This document shows, one piece after another, positions 51,587-64,000 of a stretch of 64,000 nt of DNA. The translations under genes and the position numbers were made by a program. How positions within the stretch are numbered: position 1 is the stretch's first letter; each line of letters opens with the position of its first letter. The DNA comes from Octopus sinensis (lineage: Eukaryota), in the NCBI RefSeq assembly GCF_006345805.1, contig NC_043002.1:84258001-84322000 (forward strand), in the 5' to 3' direction. The notes below the pieces were generated by a model that saw only the letters and a program-made list of their open reading frames with translations, searched no databases and had not been told where the DNA came from.

Positions 51587-51987
51587 GGCGCAGGAGTGGC
51601 TGTGTGGTAAGTAGCTTGCTTACCAACCACATGGCTCCAAGTTCAGTCCCACTGTGTTGCACCTTGGGCAAGTATCTTCTACTATAGCCTCGGGCCAACC
51701 AAAGCCTTGTGAGTGGATTTGGTAGATGGAAACTGAAAGAAGCCCGTTGTATATATATATTTGTGTGTGTGTGTTTGTGTGTCTGTGTTTGTCCCCCTAG
51801 CATTGCTTGAAAACCGATGCTTGTGTGTTTATGTCCCCGTCACTTAGCGGTTCAGCAAGAGACCGATAGAATAAGTACTGGGCTTTCAAAGAATAAGTCC
51901 CGGGGTCGATTTGCTCGACTAAAGGCGGTGCTCCAGCATGGCTGCAGTCAAATGACTGAAACTAGTAAAAGAGAAAGAGTAAAGAGA
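51587..51987 (+). mobile_element. SINE family A, full length, young
   Basis: 'ggcgcaggagtggctgtgtggtaagtagcttgcttaccaacc' head through tail. Confidence 0.9.
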
Positions 51988-52979
51988 GATGCTAAGTGTA
52001 TTTATTGGGCTACATGTGTCAGATATACCCGTTATTTATTTATTTATTTTGAGAGGTGTGAGTGGAGGGATATTTGGCTGCTATTTCTGCAGATCGAGCA
52101 TCTGCGCAATGGCTCCTTTGTTGGCTTAGTGACACAGCTGTTGTCAACTGTTCTGAAATGCCTCTCCTTTGGCCTCAAACTCTTTAGCCTTTACTGCCTT
52201 TTGTTTGCAGCACTGATTCCCCAAAAGGTTCATGCATTTACCAACCACACAGCTCAGTAGAAGACTGGAATACAAATTTATTACATGATCACCGGTGATA
52301 CAAAATGAATTAAATGTAACCGTGTTGTTAGTGTTGAATGTAATAAACTAACTAGGACATGTGAACTGTTACAAAATTGAACTGTTATGTTTTCAATATA
52401 TGTTTTTCTCCTCTTAAAATAACCAATTAGTATAAAACAGTGACCCTTACATTCCAGTACTCCAGAGATCCAAGCTGCATAGTTGGCCTGGTGGGAGTGA
52501 GGTAGTGGGCGGAGACTAAGAGTAGTGGTAGGTGAAGAAAAATGAAGGCTGCACGTGTCCACGAGTAGAATGAAGTTAGTGCGGTGATGCTGTTCTAATA
52601 TATTTTTTTTCTTTTATATTTTTTTCTAGCAGTAATGTTTGAAACGTTTTATTGATTTCCTTTGGTTATTTTTTTTTCAATTATTTTGCAGTTTTTTGGG
52701 GTTTTTTTTTGGGGGGGGGGGTTCTCTCTCAACTGTTTCTAAGTAGAAGAAGAAAATAGAAAGAACGACTGTTCACGAAGACATACATTAACAGTCACGT
52801 GTCGGAGCAGCATGAGCTACAATACTGCAGCAGTTATGCATGTGTGCAAGTGTGTACATGCATGTGGCTGCAGTATGGCTTTGATCAGCCTTGTTCTGGT
52901 CTCTCTCTCTCTCTCTCTCTCTCGGCCTGCTTCGTTTCTCTCTGTCGGTCTGTCTCTCTCTCATGTATGCATATGCATG

Positions 52980-53095
52980 TATATAATTTTTTCTTTCTAT
53001 CCCATTTAATTATGTGTGTGTTTGTGTATATCATTCTATCTTTATCTTTCAACACTGTGTAATATATTGTATATATTATGATTTTTCTTTCTTTC

Positions 53096-53132
<37 letters not shown>

Positions 53133-53155
53133 ATATATATATGATACATGCAGTC

Positions 53156-53186
<31 letters not shown>

Positions 53187-53220
53187 TATGACTGCATGTA
53201 TCATGCTTTCTCTCTCTCTC
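52980..53220. repeat. Compound TA/TG/CT microsatellite
   Basis: Direct reading. Confidence 0.85.
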
Positions 53221-53544
53221 TCACAAATAGAAACATGTATGTCATTCTGTCTTGTTCTCAACACGTCTACTGACTCATTGCCGCAAAGCATTGGTACTTT
53301 CTAAACTCATGTGTACAAGGACACACACACACGCGCGCACGTGCACACACGCACACTGCCATGTCTATAAGGATTATTTGAAAGCGTTGCTTCTTGCAAC
53401 AGTGACAGATTAAGACTTTAATTTTATCTAATAAAAATTTTTTTTATTAGAATTATGTTATTTCCCTCTCTGTTTATCTTTGATTGTATTTGAATGGCGG
53501 TGCCCCAGCATGGCCACAGCTTGTGAGCTGAAACTAAATAAAAT

Positions 53545-53750
53545 AGCATTCAGATTACTCTGTCAAGTGTAATGTCTATCCAGTTTTGAATTAATCATGC
53601 ATCATCTTGTAACTCTGAGATTTTGATGATGTAATTGTTTATTTTTAGAATGACATTGAAGGATCTGTATGAGAGGTCAAATCTAGCTGGTTTGATCATA
53701 AAACTGGTAGATTATTTGGACCAGATAAGGCTGGTTTAAATGCTAAATGG
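53545..53750. mobile_element. piggyBac-type MITE, diverged
   Basis: Right end 'tgctaaatgg|ttaa'; internal homology to 8770-8988. Confidence 0.65.
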
Positions 53751-54530
53751 TTAATTCTTTTTACCACGTACATGGGCTGGATGAGTCTTGAAAAACCTCA
53801 CCTACTTTACAGCAAGGGTTCAGTATATTTTCTATCATGACACTGGCTCTAGTGACCCTGTCTGTAATTTGGAGTCACCTTTCTCTTGAACAAGTTGACC
53901 GCAATGCAGTTCATAACTCTAGATACACTGTCTGAAAATGAGAAGGCATGAAGAATGTTGGAATACTTTGATCATAGGCTTCTTTGCCTGATCAGATCTA
54001 CCCAAGGGCTAAACAGCATCAGTAGTTCTTTAAATCCATCTAAGTTACAGTAAGTAGCTGTCTCACTTCATTGTTGAGTGGTTAGAATTGCAAATACTAT
54101 CCATTTATGAATTCATGTGCAAATGACTGAATTTGTAGCATAATTAGCATTGCTTAGTTTAATCCATAAGTATAAAGCAGTCTAAGCTGACTTCTCAGTG
54201 AAATTATATAAACCAAGGTGTGTATAAAAAAAAGTCAATGAATAGTTCTGGTTTCTTAGTTTAGAATTAATTGGTATAATTTGTTAACCTATTATTGAGT
54301 TCGTGGAGACGCAATGGCCCTATTCCATCAGGAGTTAAGGTCCCAAAGTCCTTAAGGTCTCGGGTGCAAGAATACTTTCCTCTCTCTCCTCCCCACCACC
54401 AGTCTCAGGGGCTTTCTAAAGAGTCAAAGGTACCACTTTTCTTTCTGACTAAAAGATAGAAAAAAAAATTGTGATATTACTATTTACCTTTTCTTGTTAG
54501 TAATTGTCCTTTTCTCTTTATACTTTTCAG

Positions 54531-54948
54531 ACAAGTCCTTCAGATGGTACTATCACACATTTCGGTCGAGTGGAGAATGGTGTTATCAAGCAAGTAAAAG
54601 GAGTGAACTTTTCTGTTGAGGGTTTCATTGGACCAGTTAGTTGGAAATCCCCATTTTCATCATCGTCATCTTCATCCTCATTATCATCATCATCCTCACA
54701 ATCATCTTCACCAGACTCTTCATCAATGTCCTCTTCCTCCTCTTTGTCATCATCATCTCTTCGAGAGGACATAAACAACAGTCATAATAATGTAAATGCC
54801 CACATTGACCAAAACCAGAAGATTCTTTCCCAGCTGATCCATCCAGATAATGTATTATATCATTGTGTTATTTACTTGGCACCCGGAGACTATCACCGCT
54901 TTCATTCCCCTACAGACTGGATAGTTTACTTCCGAAGACATTTTCCAG
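54531..54948 (+). CDS. PISD: PISD exon (418 nt, phase 0-1) with catalytic Asp and His and a Ser-rich insertion
   Basis: tttcag|ACA...CCA G|gttggt; TSPSDG (Asp codon 54543), [28 protein letters not shown] (His codon 54894), RRHFP. Confidence 0.97.
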
Positions 54949-55324
54949 GTTGGTTGAACATTGTTTTTGTTTATGTTTGCCTTTCACATTTTGTTGCATT
55001 TTTTTTTTTTTTGCACTAACGTTGTTGCTTGGTAACAAATACTTTCTTGAATCAGGGAACATGTTGTTTTTGTAACTGTTTAGTCCAAGACTGAACCGGA
55101 TCCAATAGATATATGATGAAAGGCATTCTTCTCATAACCATTTAATAGTTTTTGATCATGGTATGTTTCTGGATAAAATCCATCATTAAAGAAAAATTGA
55201 TGGTGATCCGTGTCGTTAACGATTAGTCCATAAGAGCTTTCCTCAACAATTCAGTCCCAATGGTGGGAGGGAGCCTGTAAAGGCTATGGACACAACCCTT
55301 TCTTTTAGACTAAACCAGTGAAAT

Positions 55325-55470
55325 TGTGAGTGCATGGCCTAATGGTTAGAGTGTTGGACTCATGATCATAGGGTTATGGATTTGATTTCTGGAGTAGATA
55401 ATGTGTTGTGTCCCTGAGCAAGCCACTTCATTTCATCTTGCTCCAGTCTACTCAGTTGATAAGTACCAAC
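55325..55470 (+). mobile_element. SINE family B fragment in PISD intron
   Basis: 'gcatggcctaatggttagagtg...ccctgagcaagccacttcatttcatcttgctccagtc'. Confidence 0.65.
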
Positions 55471-55774
55471 CAGATGCTGGTTAGTCCTTTGACCTGGATT
55501 AAACAACAGTCCTGTATTATGATCAAAGGCATTCAAGTCAAGATCATCCTGTCTCTTTTGACTTTCCATCAGCTGAGCTAGCTACAACTCCATACATACT
55601 GATTATCCCTCAATTTCTTTACATTTTTGATGACAAAACAGAAGAACTATTCAAACTATGTGCAACAATTAACAACAATTCAAGGCAGAATGCATAAAGC
55701 ATTTTTACTTTTCACTTCCAGCAATATTTTTCACCAATTTTTATTTACTTTTTTAATTTTGTTCACATTTCCAG

Positions 55775-55935
55775 GTGAATTACTGAGTGTACATCCTGGT
55801 ATGGCACGGTGGATCAAAGGACTATTCAACCTTAATGAGCGTGCTATGTATGTAGGACTTTGGAAACATGGATTTTTTTCGATGACCGCTGTAGGGGCTA
55901 CCAACGTCGGTTCCATCCGTATTTATAATGATCAT
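55775..55935 (+). CDS. PISD: PISD exon (161 nt, phase 1-0)
   Basis: ttccag|GT GAA...CAT|gtaagt; [22 protein letters not shown]...[21 protein letters not shown]. Confidence 0.97.
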
Positions 55936-56129
55936 GTAAGTTTCATATGTTTTGCCTATATTTCAATATATTGCTTTGGTAGTTTCACTTTTGTATAAAA
56001 TTAAATGATGGTTTTATCAATAGAAACAAATGGATTCTTATGGTGTTAATGACTGTCATATTGTGCGCTAAACAAATTTGTTGGGGTTGTATGGGCCCTT
56101 TTGGTCCTGTTGACACTTCTCTTATACTG

Positions 56130-56320
56130 GTACTTTGAAAAATGCACCTAGTACACTCTGCAAAGTGGTTGATGTTAGAAAGGGCATCCAGCTGTAGAAA
56201 CCGTACTAAAAATGAAATCCAAGCAAGACAAGTTCCTTAGCCTGTCTAGAATCCCTGAATACCTGCTGACTCCAACTACAACTCATTTACCCCATACTAT
56301 GGAAAGCAGATGTAAAACAA
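56130..56320 (+). mobile_element. Diverged RTE 3' end in the last PISD intron
   Basis: 'gtggttgatgttagaaagggcatccagctgtagaaacc'. Confidence 0.55.
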
Positions 56321-56595
56321 TGAGGTGGAGGACAGATTTGGGATTACAGTCCAGAAATTAGAACATTCCCTCCAACAGGCCTCTATGTTGTTTCCATCAA
56401 CCAAATTTCATTCAGAAGGCTTCAGCTGATCTCTTGCAGAGGACACTTGCCCAAGGTGCTGTGAATTTATTTCAGACAAAGAATTTAGTGTACTTGTGTT
56501 AATGTTAGAATGTTTTGTTTTTTTTTTGTTTGATGTACAACTGTGGTTAATTGTTATGACATTGTATTTATGAATACTTGTTCTACCTGTTACAG

Positions 56596-56814
56596 GAACT
56601 TGCCACAAATACATGGAAAAAACCAGATGGTAATAACACTGACAAGTATTTACCAAATGAACAAAGTCCTGGAATTGAAGTTGGGAAAGGTGATCTCTTT
56701 GGTGAATTCAATTTAGGTTCCACCATTGTTCTTATTTTTGAGGCTCCTAAGGATTTTACATTCAACGTGGAGCCTGGACAGAGAATAAAATATGGTGAAG
56801 CCATTGGAACATAG
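56596..56814 (+). CDS. PISD: PISD last exon with LGST autocleavage motif
   Basis: ttacag|GAA; GEFNLGSTIVLIFEAP (Ser codon 56719-56721, the pyruvoyl precursor); TAG at 56812-56814; predicted alpha subunit 31 aa. Confidence 0.97.
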   Translation, partial: ELATNTWKKPDGNNTDKYLPNEQSPGIEVGKGDLFGEFNLGSTIVLIFEAPKDFTFNVEPGQRIKYGEAIGT

Positions 56815-57029
56815 CATTTGCATGACCAGTTGGAATTAATTTGTGACCAGAAACATGCTGAGAAGATCAATATGTTAGGCAGGGAGGAAAATGATTTTAA
56901 ACAATGAGTCAGATTTTCAAGCTTCCCTACAGATTTTTGACAATGAAACCAAGATTGTATGTGTTAAAACCGGACCATATGTTTATGGAAAAATTTTTAG
57001 GTGCAGGAGAGAGAATCGAAATTAGACAA

Positions 57030-57043
57030 AATAAACAAATAAA
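57030..57043 (+). other. Candidate polyadenylation signals (two AATAAA)
   Basis: AATAAA at 57030 and 57038, ~220 nt after the stop; the hexamer is common in AT-rich DNA. Confidence 0.3.
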
Positions 57044-58238
57044 TAGATAAAACAGCCAAGAAAACAATTAACAAAATGTTATTTTCAGTCAATGAGAAAG
57101 ATAAAATCTATACCTCACCAAATTGAAGAATCTAGTCCAAGAGGCCTTGTTTTCTTTTACTTTTTTTTTACTTTTGTTTTCTTCTCCCACTTGAAAAATT
57201 CAGTATACTCGTAAGCCTGGCTCTGGCACAATATGAATACATAATGTTATGGTCTTATTTTAAGAAAATGCTAAGTTTTATGCTAACAGTTCATATTCAT
57301 GAAATCTTCCCTCTTTTGTATATATATACATATATATATATATAATATATGTATGTATATATAATATATATGTATATATATATTTGGTTTTATTCATTAA
57401 AAAATGTGTACAAATTTAATTTACATAAACTTGTTGAAAACCAAAACCCTACACAGACTTAAGCTATAAAAGGGAAATGAAAAAGATTGTTGCAGTCATT
57501 ATAAAAATACTTCTTTCTCCCATTGTTTCCTTTTTTTTCAATAGCATTCTTGTAATAGCCAAAGACTGGGTCTTTGGATCATTTTGTGCTACATTCTTGG
57601 TAGTGGTTACCTTATGTTTTAACTTATAGGATAAATATATTTTCTTTTCTTTTTGCATAAAAAAAAGTGGGAAGAAGACACTAAAAATGAGTGGGATGAC
57701 CTGTCTCAAATTACTTATTTTGCTTATAGGAATTTTAATTGGTATATTCTATTTGTGGGATGGTAGATTTTTTTTTTGTACCATGTAAGATTATGGGGAT
57801 TAAAAAAATAAATACGTAAATAATTTGTTCTCATCTGCACCACATCAACATTGAAATAAAGCTACTTGAATCCAAACTAAGCTACAGCCACTAAATTATA
57901 CCTCTAGGTATATATAACAGTTGATCATGTTGAAAATAACTGTTGCTTTCACTCTGCAGTATTAAAGGAGAAAGTATAATATTTAGGAAGGTTTGGAGTT
58001 TTTTTTCTAATATGCTTGGTATTTTGTACTTAATACCCATTGCAAATAGCATACTATAAAATAATTACAACAGTGATACAAATTAAAACATGTACACTTA
58101 TGCAATACACAGTCATACATATGTCAACATAGTTTTTCTTTTGTTTTTTTTTGTTTTTATTTTTACCTTTATAACTCAAAGCCATTCTCTTCATAAATTG
58201 TGCAAGTTGACAACCAAAGTCCTCCAAGGAATGGACTG

Positions 58239-58294
<56 letters not shown>

Positions 58295-58739
58295 CAGACA
58301 ATCATTTGGAGGTACAAATGAAAGAATACTCAACACATGGTGTAGAGTATATATATATATTTAGGTGATAAAACAATCATCAGAATTATCACACACAGTG
58401 AAAAACTCTGAGTAGCGACAGAGTGAATCATCACCTTTTTCCAGAAATATGTTGTGTGTGTGTGTGTGTGTGTGTGTATGTTTATACTGAGGGTATGTGT
58501 TTGTAAATTCTTTTTCTAACTGATCGTCATTTAACAGTTTACTCAAGTGATTGCAACATAGATATGTGGTTTGATTACACAGTATCAAAATCTGTGTCCG
58601 TTTTTTTAAATATTTTATATATCTTGAGAGATATATATATAAAGAAAAATTGTTACAGACCAACTCCTTTTGCTATCATTCCTTTCAATCCACCAAACTA
58701 ACAAATCCAGAATTCAACAAATGATGAATCTCTGCTTGT

Positions 58740-59039
58740 ATATAATTTATATATGCATGTGTATATATATATATGTATACGTGTATATATATATGTATGT
58801 GTATATATATATGTATGTGTATATATATATGTGTATATATATATGTATATATATATGTAAATATGTGTATGTATGTATATATATATGTGTATGTATATAT
58901 GTGTATGTGTATATATATATGTGTATATATACATATATATATATATACGTGTGTATATATATATATGTATATATGTGTATATATGTATATAGTATATAGT
59001 ATGTATATGTATATAGTATATATATGTATATGTATATAC
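58740..59039. repeat. Long degenerate (TA)/(TG) microsatellite
   Basis: Direct reading. Confidence 0.95.
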
Positions 59040-61080
59040 AACAGTTTTAGAAACATCAGGAGTTTCAGGCAATAATCCTTGTCATCTTCCAAAATTATGA
59101 ATAGCATTAAATGCATTGGTGATTGTTCTTGGGGTGTTTTTTTAAGGTTAACATAACAGAATATGTTGTGATGTCATAGAGCAATTCGCTTCATCATAGC
59201 TCTGCTTAATCTTATTTCAAATATTCTATTCAAACTATGTCATAGGTGAAGCGCCTATCAAAGTGTGGATGTCTTGAGAAATATTTTCAGTGAACATTAA
59301 TTTTATGTCCTTAATTTATTAGACAGCCTTTTGTCCATTTTTTCTTTTTTCAAAAACCATTCTTTTCAATGTCTTCCAATATATCAATAATCTTCACTCA
59401 ACAATCACTTTCTGATTTGGAATTGGTTTTCTTTGGAATTCAAAAAGTTATGACTTTGAATGTTTTATCATTCAATATCTTAGATAGATTGAATACCCTG
59501 GAAATTTCAGCTATATCTATCAATAGAAGTTAATGCCATTTCTGCTTAAATTTTTCGTGATTCAGGCTATTCTGTTTTGTTTTTCTCTTCACATGGTGAT
59601 AAGAAAAGTGGAGTCTAGCCATTTTATGTCCATATTCCAAGTATACTCCTTGGTAAATTCAGGTTGAAAATATATTTTGGTTGACCTCTTTGGACAAGCC
59701 AGAAATTGAATCAGCAAGGATTACAAGAAGTTTAAATATCTCCGGGTGTTGTTGAAGAGATTTTCTTGGATAATACTTTCGATTGGATATAATACAGTGT
59801 TTCATTCATATGACCTAGTTTTGATAGAAACTAGGTCATTAAATTCTTTTACTAAACTTGAATTTGTCAACACACGATATAATCCTGATGTATCTTTAAT
59901 TTAGGTACCATAGTGACATTGCCATCTGTTGATCTTATTGCTTTCATTTGGTTCTTCTTCATGTAGGTGATCATGTCTCCCCAACTATCTACTCAGATTT
60001 CATGAACACCTACTTTTCTTAGCTCTCCATTTGCTCTATTCATAATTTTTGTGTGAAAATCACTGTTCTCAAGAATTGTTTCTACTAAGTTTCATGCATG
60101 CGTAGATGCATACATGTTTTGCAACCAGAACACAAATGAAATGAATATGCATACAAGAAAATATGTGTTTATAAGGTTTATCCACTTAAAATAATAAAGT
60201 AATTTATAGTTAAATCTATGTATTTACTGCATACATACTTTTTTCTCAAAGGAAAAATTTGAACAACATAAAATTTTAGTGGATCGTGGCTACTAAAAAT
60301 ATTAGAGAAAACATTGGTCTGAAGTTGTCAAGCTTTAAATGGGATGTTTATGTGTCATTACTTTCTCGTTGTTCTTGGATTGTCTTGTAAATATTAATAA
60401 TTTAATAACTTGAATTGATATGTAGTTCTTTCCAAACTTTGTTGATAAAAATTGATCTGCATTTGCCTTGAACTCAAAATTACTGATATTACAATTCCAA
60501 CTTTATCATTCATATTGGGACACTTGGTATTGTTTATAAGTCTTGGAATTTGGGTGTGTGCTTATAATCGGATAGATGAACTTGAATTTTGAAGTGATTC
60601 ATTTAATGTGTAATGTGTGGAAAGAAGAAAAAGGAAATAATTCAGGAAAATTGGAAAGAGAACACAAAATGGGAGGGGAGCATACATTTTTGAGGGCCAA
60701 ACTTCAGAAGAAAGTGGGATAATGCTTGTACAGGTTGTAATGTTTGCTGCAAATGAAAATGAATAAATGTAAAGGGCTAATTATAACAATAATGGAAAGC
60801 GTTTTCTGTAATATTTTATTGGCATCTTACTGAACATGTGTTTCTAGCTTTTGCAAGACCATTGATAATAAACACAAGCAGAGAAATTAGTTTTTTAAAT
60901 AAATATATCCCTTGGTCCTTGTTGAAAATACTTGTTTGAAATTTGAAAATTAGTTGAGTTCTGGTTGCATTCTTTTATATACTAATAATTAGTATATTAA
61001 GTTTGGTGAAAATTAGAGTTGTCTTTTAAAGACAATTTTAATTTTATTTAATATATCATTAATCATTATAACATGCATTA

Positions 61081-61285
61081 CCTTTAGTATTTAAACCGGC
61101 TATATCCATCCAAAATATTCTCTTTTATGTTCAAACTGACCAGATATGGCCTCTCTACAATGTCATGGTAAAAATAAACAGTCACACCATCAAAATCTCA
61201 AATCTACAAGACATTACTTGAGTAATTCAAAGCCATGTGAATAAATAGGCATTACATTTGATAGAGTAATCTGAACGCTAAACGG
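61081..61285. mobile_element. piggyBac-type MITE (reverse orientation)
   Basis: 'cctttagtatttaaaccgg' ... 'gctaaacgg|ttaa'; homology to 8770-8988. Confidence 0.7.
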
Positions 61286-64000
61286 TTAAAATATTTTCCC
61301 CCTTCTTTTTTAACATCAGTAATAGCAGGAAAATAATGAAGTTTAAAAAATAGTCTATCTTATCATATTAAACGAGAAAAATAGGAAATCAATCTTTTAA
61401 AATCTTTTCTTAAAGGAGCATTTTTTTTTTCTCCTTTAAGAATTGGTCTCTCTCCTTTGTGAACAAATCTCTTGGGTCATGTGACAATTGCAATCTCATT
61501 ATTAATATTGATGTGATTTCTATCATTGGAATATTTTTGTGTTTTTTTTTTTAACTTTCTCTCAGTGCAAGTAAATTTAATCTTGTTGACATAAAAATTA
61601 CACACACACATACCTGCATGCACATATACACACATACAGATACCTTTAGGTCTGCATACTTAAACTGTGTTAAACAATGGCTGTTGAGGTTTTGAAAATA
61701 AGGTTCTTTTATCAATTTGAAAACAAATATAATGAAATGTGATGTTATTCATTGAAGTGAATGCTGATATTTTACTTTGTTATTATTATTTTTTTTTTGC
61801 TTTTTGCTTATCTTGGACTGTATTAATATTTCATTGATCTTGTGATTGGTTTTGGTTTCTTTTTTCCTTTTTTTTTTTAGCCATTGTGGCTTGTGACTTG
61901 TCAACAATATTGCTAACTGTGATCAAAGAAGTTCAATCACATCATTGAAATGGGTAGTAGGAGTGTAATAATATATACGCACATATATCTATCCATATAT
62001 ATACACACAATCACAGACATAAATGTATATATATTTGAACCAAATTAATTCAAATTTGAACTACTGTCTTTCCAAATGGGAAATGGAAAATGAATAAAAA
62101 GAGATGAGTCTACTGAGGTATTTCGTTGGAATACTTTTCAGTGTCTTCACCATATAATACTCCTTCTTGGAGTAGCCATAATAGATCTAAATATTTCCTT
62201 CCCTTCAACGTGGATATTTGAGCAATGTGTAAGGTAACAATGTCTCAGAGATGATACTGTGAACTATTGGTTGTCAAGATGGAATCATCTTCATTGTCTC
62301 TGAGTTTATATTTCTGTAAACATTTTAAAAATACCTACAGAATTAGCTCTGGTGAAGTATAAATAAATAAATAAAACTTGTTTCCAGACATGACTTTTTT
62401 TTTTGTTATTTCATATGACTGATAAATATTTTATTCGCATCATCTTTTTTACGAAAGGATTAAAAAAGAAAGGTTTTGTGGAGTTAACTTTATTTAATCT
62501 TATTTGAACACTGAAATATCAATGTCCAGAATTTTGCTTCTATGTTATCATTTCCACTACAAGACATGAAGCTGTTGTTGCTTGTTTTACTGATCACATC
62601 CATATTCCCAATTCTGGTTGCCTCCTTAGAGATTTACAGTGTAATAGTTACTTTAACTTTTACACTATCTCTCACTCTCTCATACATACACACACATATC
62701 ATATCATGAGTTCATCAAATCTACATAGAACATTGTTATTCTCTTGATCAATATTGTTACTCATTGTGTTGTGCTAAAGTATGTAACTGCCATTATCACT
62801 TCAGTGTAATGCTTGGCATATATAAAAGCAGTTTATAATCCAGCAATTGCTGAAATAATGTGAATTTGTATAAGCATACAAACTACATTAGCAGATACCA
62901 TTGATTAAAGTGGAGTGTGAAGGGATTGTAAAAGCATTAAAAAGAAAATTTCAGATTGGTAAAGAAAATATTTGTTTCTATGCTTGCTTTGCTGGTTTTC
63001 ACAGGAAACCCAAGTCAGTGATATTTTTTTGTTTTCTAGGCAGGTTTGTTAACAGCTGGAGAGAAAACGCACATTACCTTTCTATCTAGAGAGATAAATG
63101 GAGTTGTGATGAAAATAAAGATTAAAAACATAGCTCTTAAACCACAAACTCTTTGGGATTAAGATATCAATAGTTATATCCAAGCTTGTTGATGACTTTA
63201 GTGGCTTATGTTCTCTGGAACTACTCCCACTGTAATCTGTGCATATATATATATATATATATATAAATTTTTTCCAAATGTTTATTGCACAGTTGTATGG
63301 ATCTAATATGGAAAAAAAACCTTCACTCACAGCTTCATCAGCTAAATGTTATGTGAATGTTGGCAAATTAATTTTTAAAAATATCAATGTATTTTCATCC
63401 CATCCATTCATTCATAAGCATGCATATGCGCACAGTAAACTATAAGCTTATTTTGTAATATTTTGTGTGTGTGTGTGTGTGTGTGTTTTATTGTTTAAAT
63501 TGTGAGCATTGTAGAGTAAAATACGTGAAGTTCAAATGCTAGTGATTCCCGGTTGCTTCAATTTCAATTCTCACATCCTCTACCCCACAAAGAACAATGG
63601 GCTCATAACCCTCTGATTACTAAACATCAGGCTAATGAATCTATTTATCACCTTCATTAAATAAATGAAGTATTTGACTGAGACATTGGCAACACAAGCA
63701 ACAGCTCCTTTTGGATGTCTTTCATATATATATATTATTAAAATCTTATGTATTGATTAAGTCTTTCCTTGTTTGTTTTGCAAAATAGTGGTTTTGTCTC
63801 TAATAATATTTTATATATATATATATATATATAATGTTTGCAAATAAAATTTACATGTGTATGTTTAATAAGTATACAATCAGCCTTGCTGTTTATTAAA
63901 CATCTGCTTGTTAATATATTTACAAAATTTATCATTAGGCAAAGCTGTCTCTACTTTACCTAAACATAGGTATATGTATTTGTGTGTGTATGTAGTGAAG

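Noticed and set aside
54655-54760. Poly-Ser codons derived from an antisense RTE (CAT)n tail
   Set aside because: No adjacent RTE terminal sequence; mixed TCN codons fit ordinary trinucleotide slippage
54527-54778. Acidic minus-strand ORF (DDDKEEEED...)
   Set aside because: Antisense shadow of the poly-Ser codons of the PISD exon
58670-59116. Overlapping Y/I/V/C-rich ORFs (also 45047-45449, 52799-53304, 34233-34595)
   Set aside because: Translations of TA/TG/CT microsatellites
58361-63445. Short ORFs downstream of PISD as a neighbouring gene
   Set aside because: No recognisable motifs, no consistent splice sites, and lengths expected by chance

Overview
AT-rich eukaryotic genomic DNA, almost certainly an octopus: it carries typical octopod tRNA-headed SINEs, RTE LINE 3' ends with (GAT)n tails and dense microsatellites. 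The window holds one recognisable protein-coding gene on the + strand, a type I phosphatidylserine decarboxylase (PISD). Four conserved exons (38422-38658, 54531-54948, 55775-55935, 56596-56814) have canonical GT-AG sites, the Asp/His/Ser catalytic residues and the LGST self-cleavage motif. The only candidate first coding exon is a 380-codon unique ORF (5503-6642) that ends in a phase-0 donor matching the phase-0 acceptor 31.8 kb downstream. It would give a ~724 aa enzyme (733 aa with an upstream 19-nt micro-exon) with a hydrophobic N-terminus instead of a mitochondrial presequence. The catalytic region has a 44-aa Ser-rich insertion bounded by an in-frame GT...AG. The rest is intronic or intergenic sequence: SINEs, RTE and other LINE fragments (including a five-unit tandem array of RTE 3'UTR), several MITE families, an LTR-like repeat pair and an 80-bp foldback hairpin. 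No rRNA, true tRNA or CRISPR array was found. Repeat boundaries were read by eye and are approximate unless a TSD or TIR is quoted. Comparisons to human PISD are from recalled sequence and need checking by alignment.
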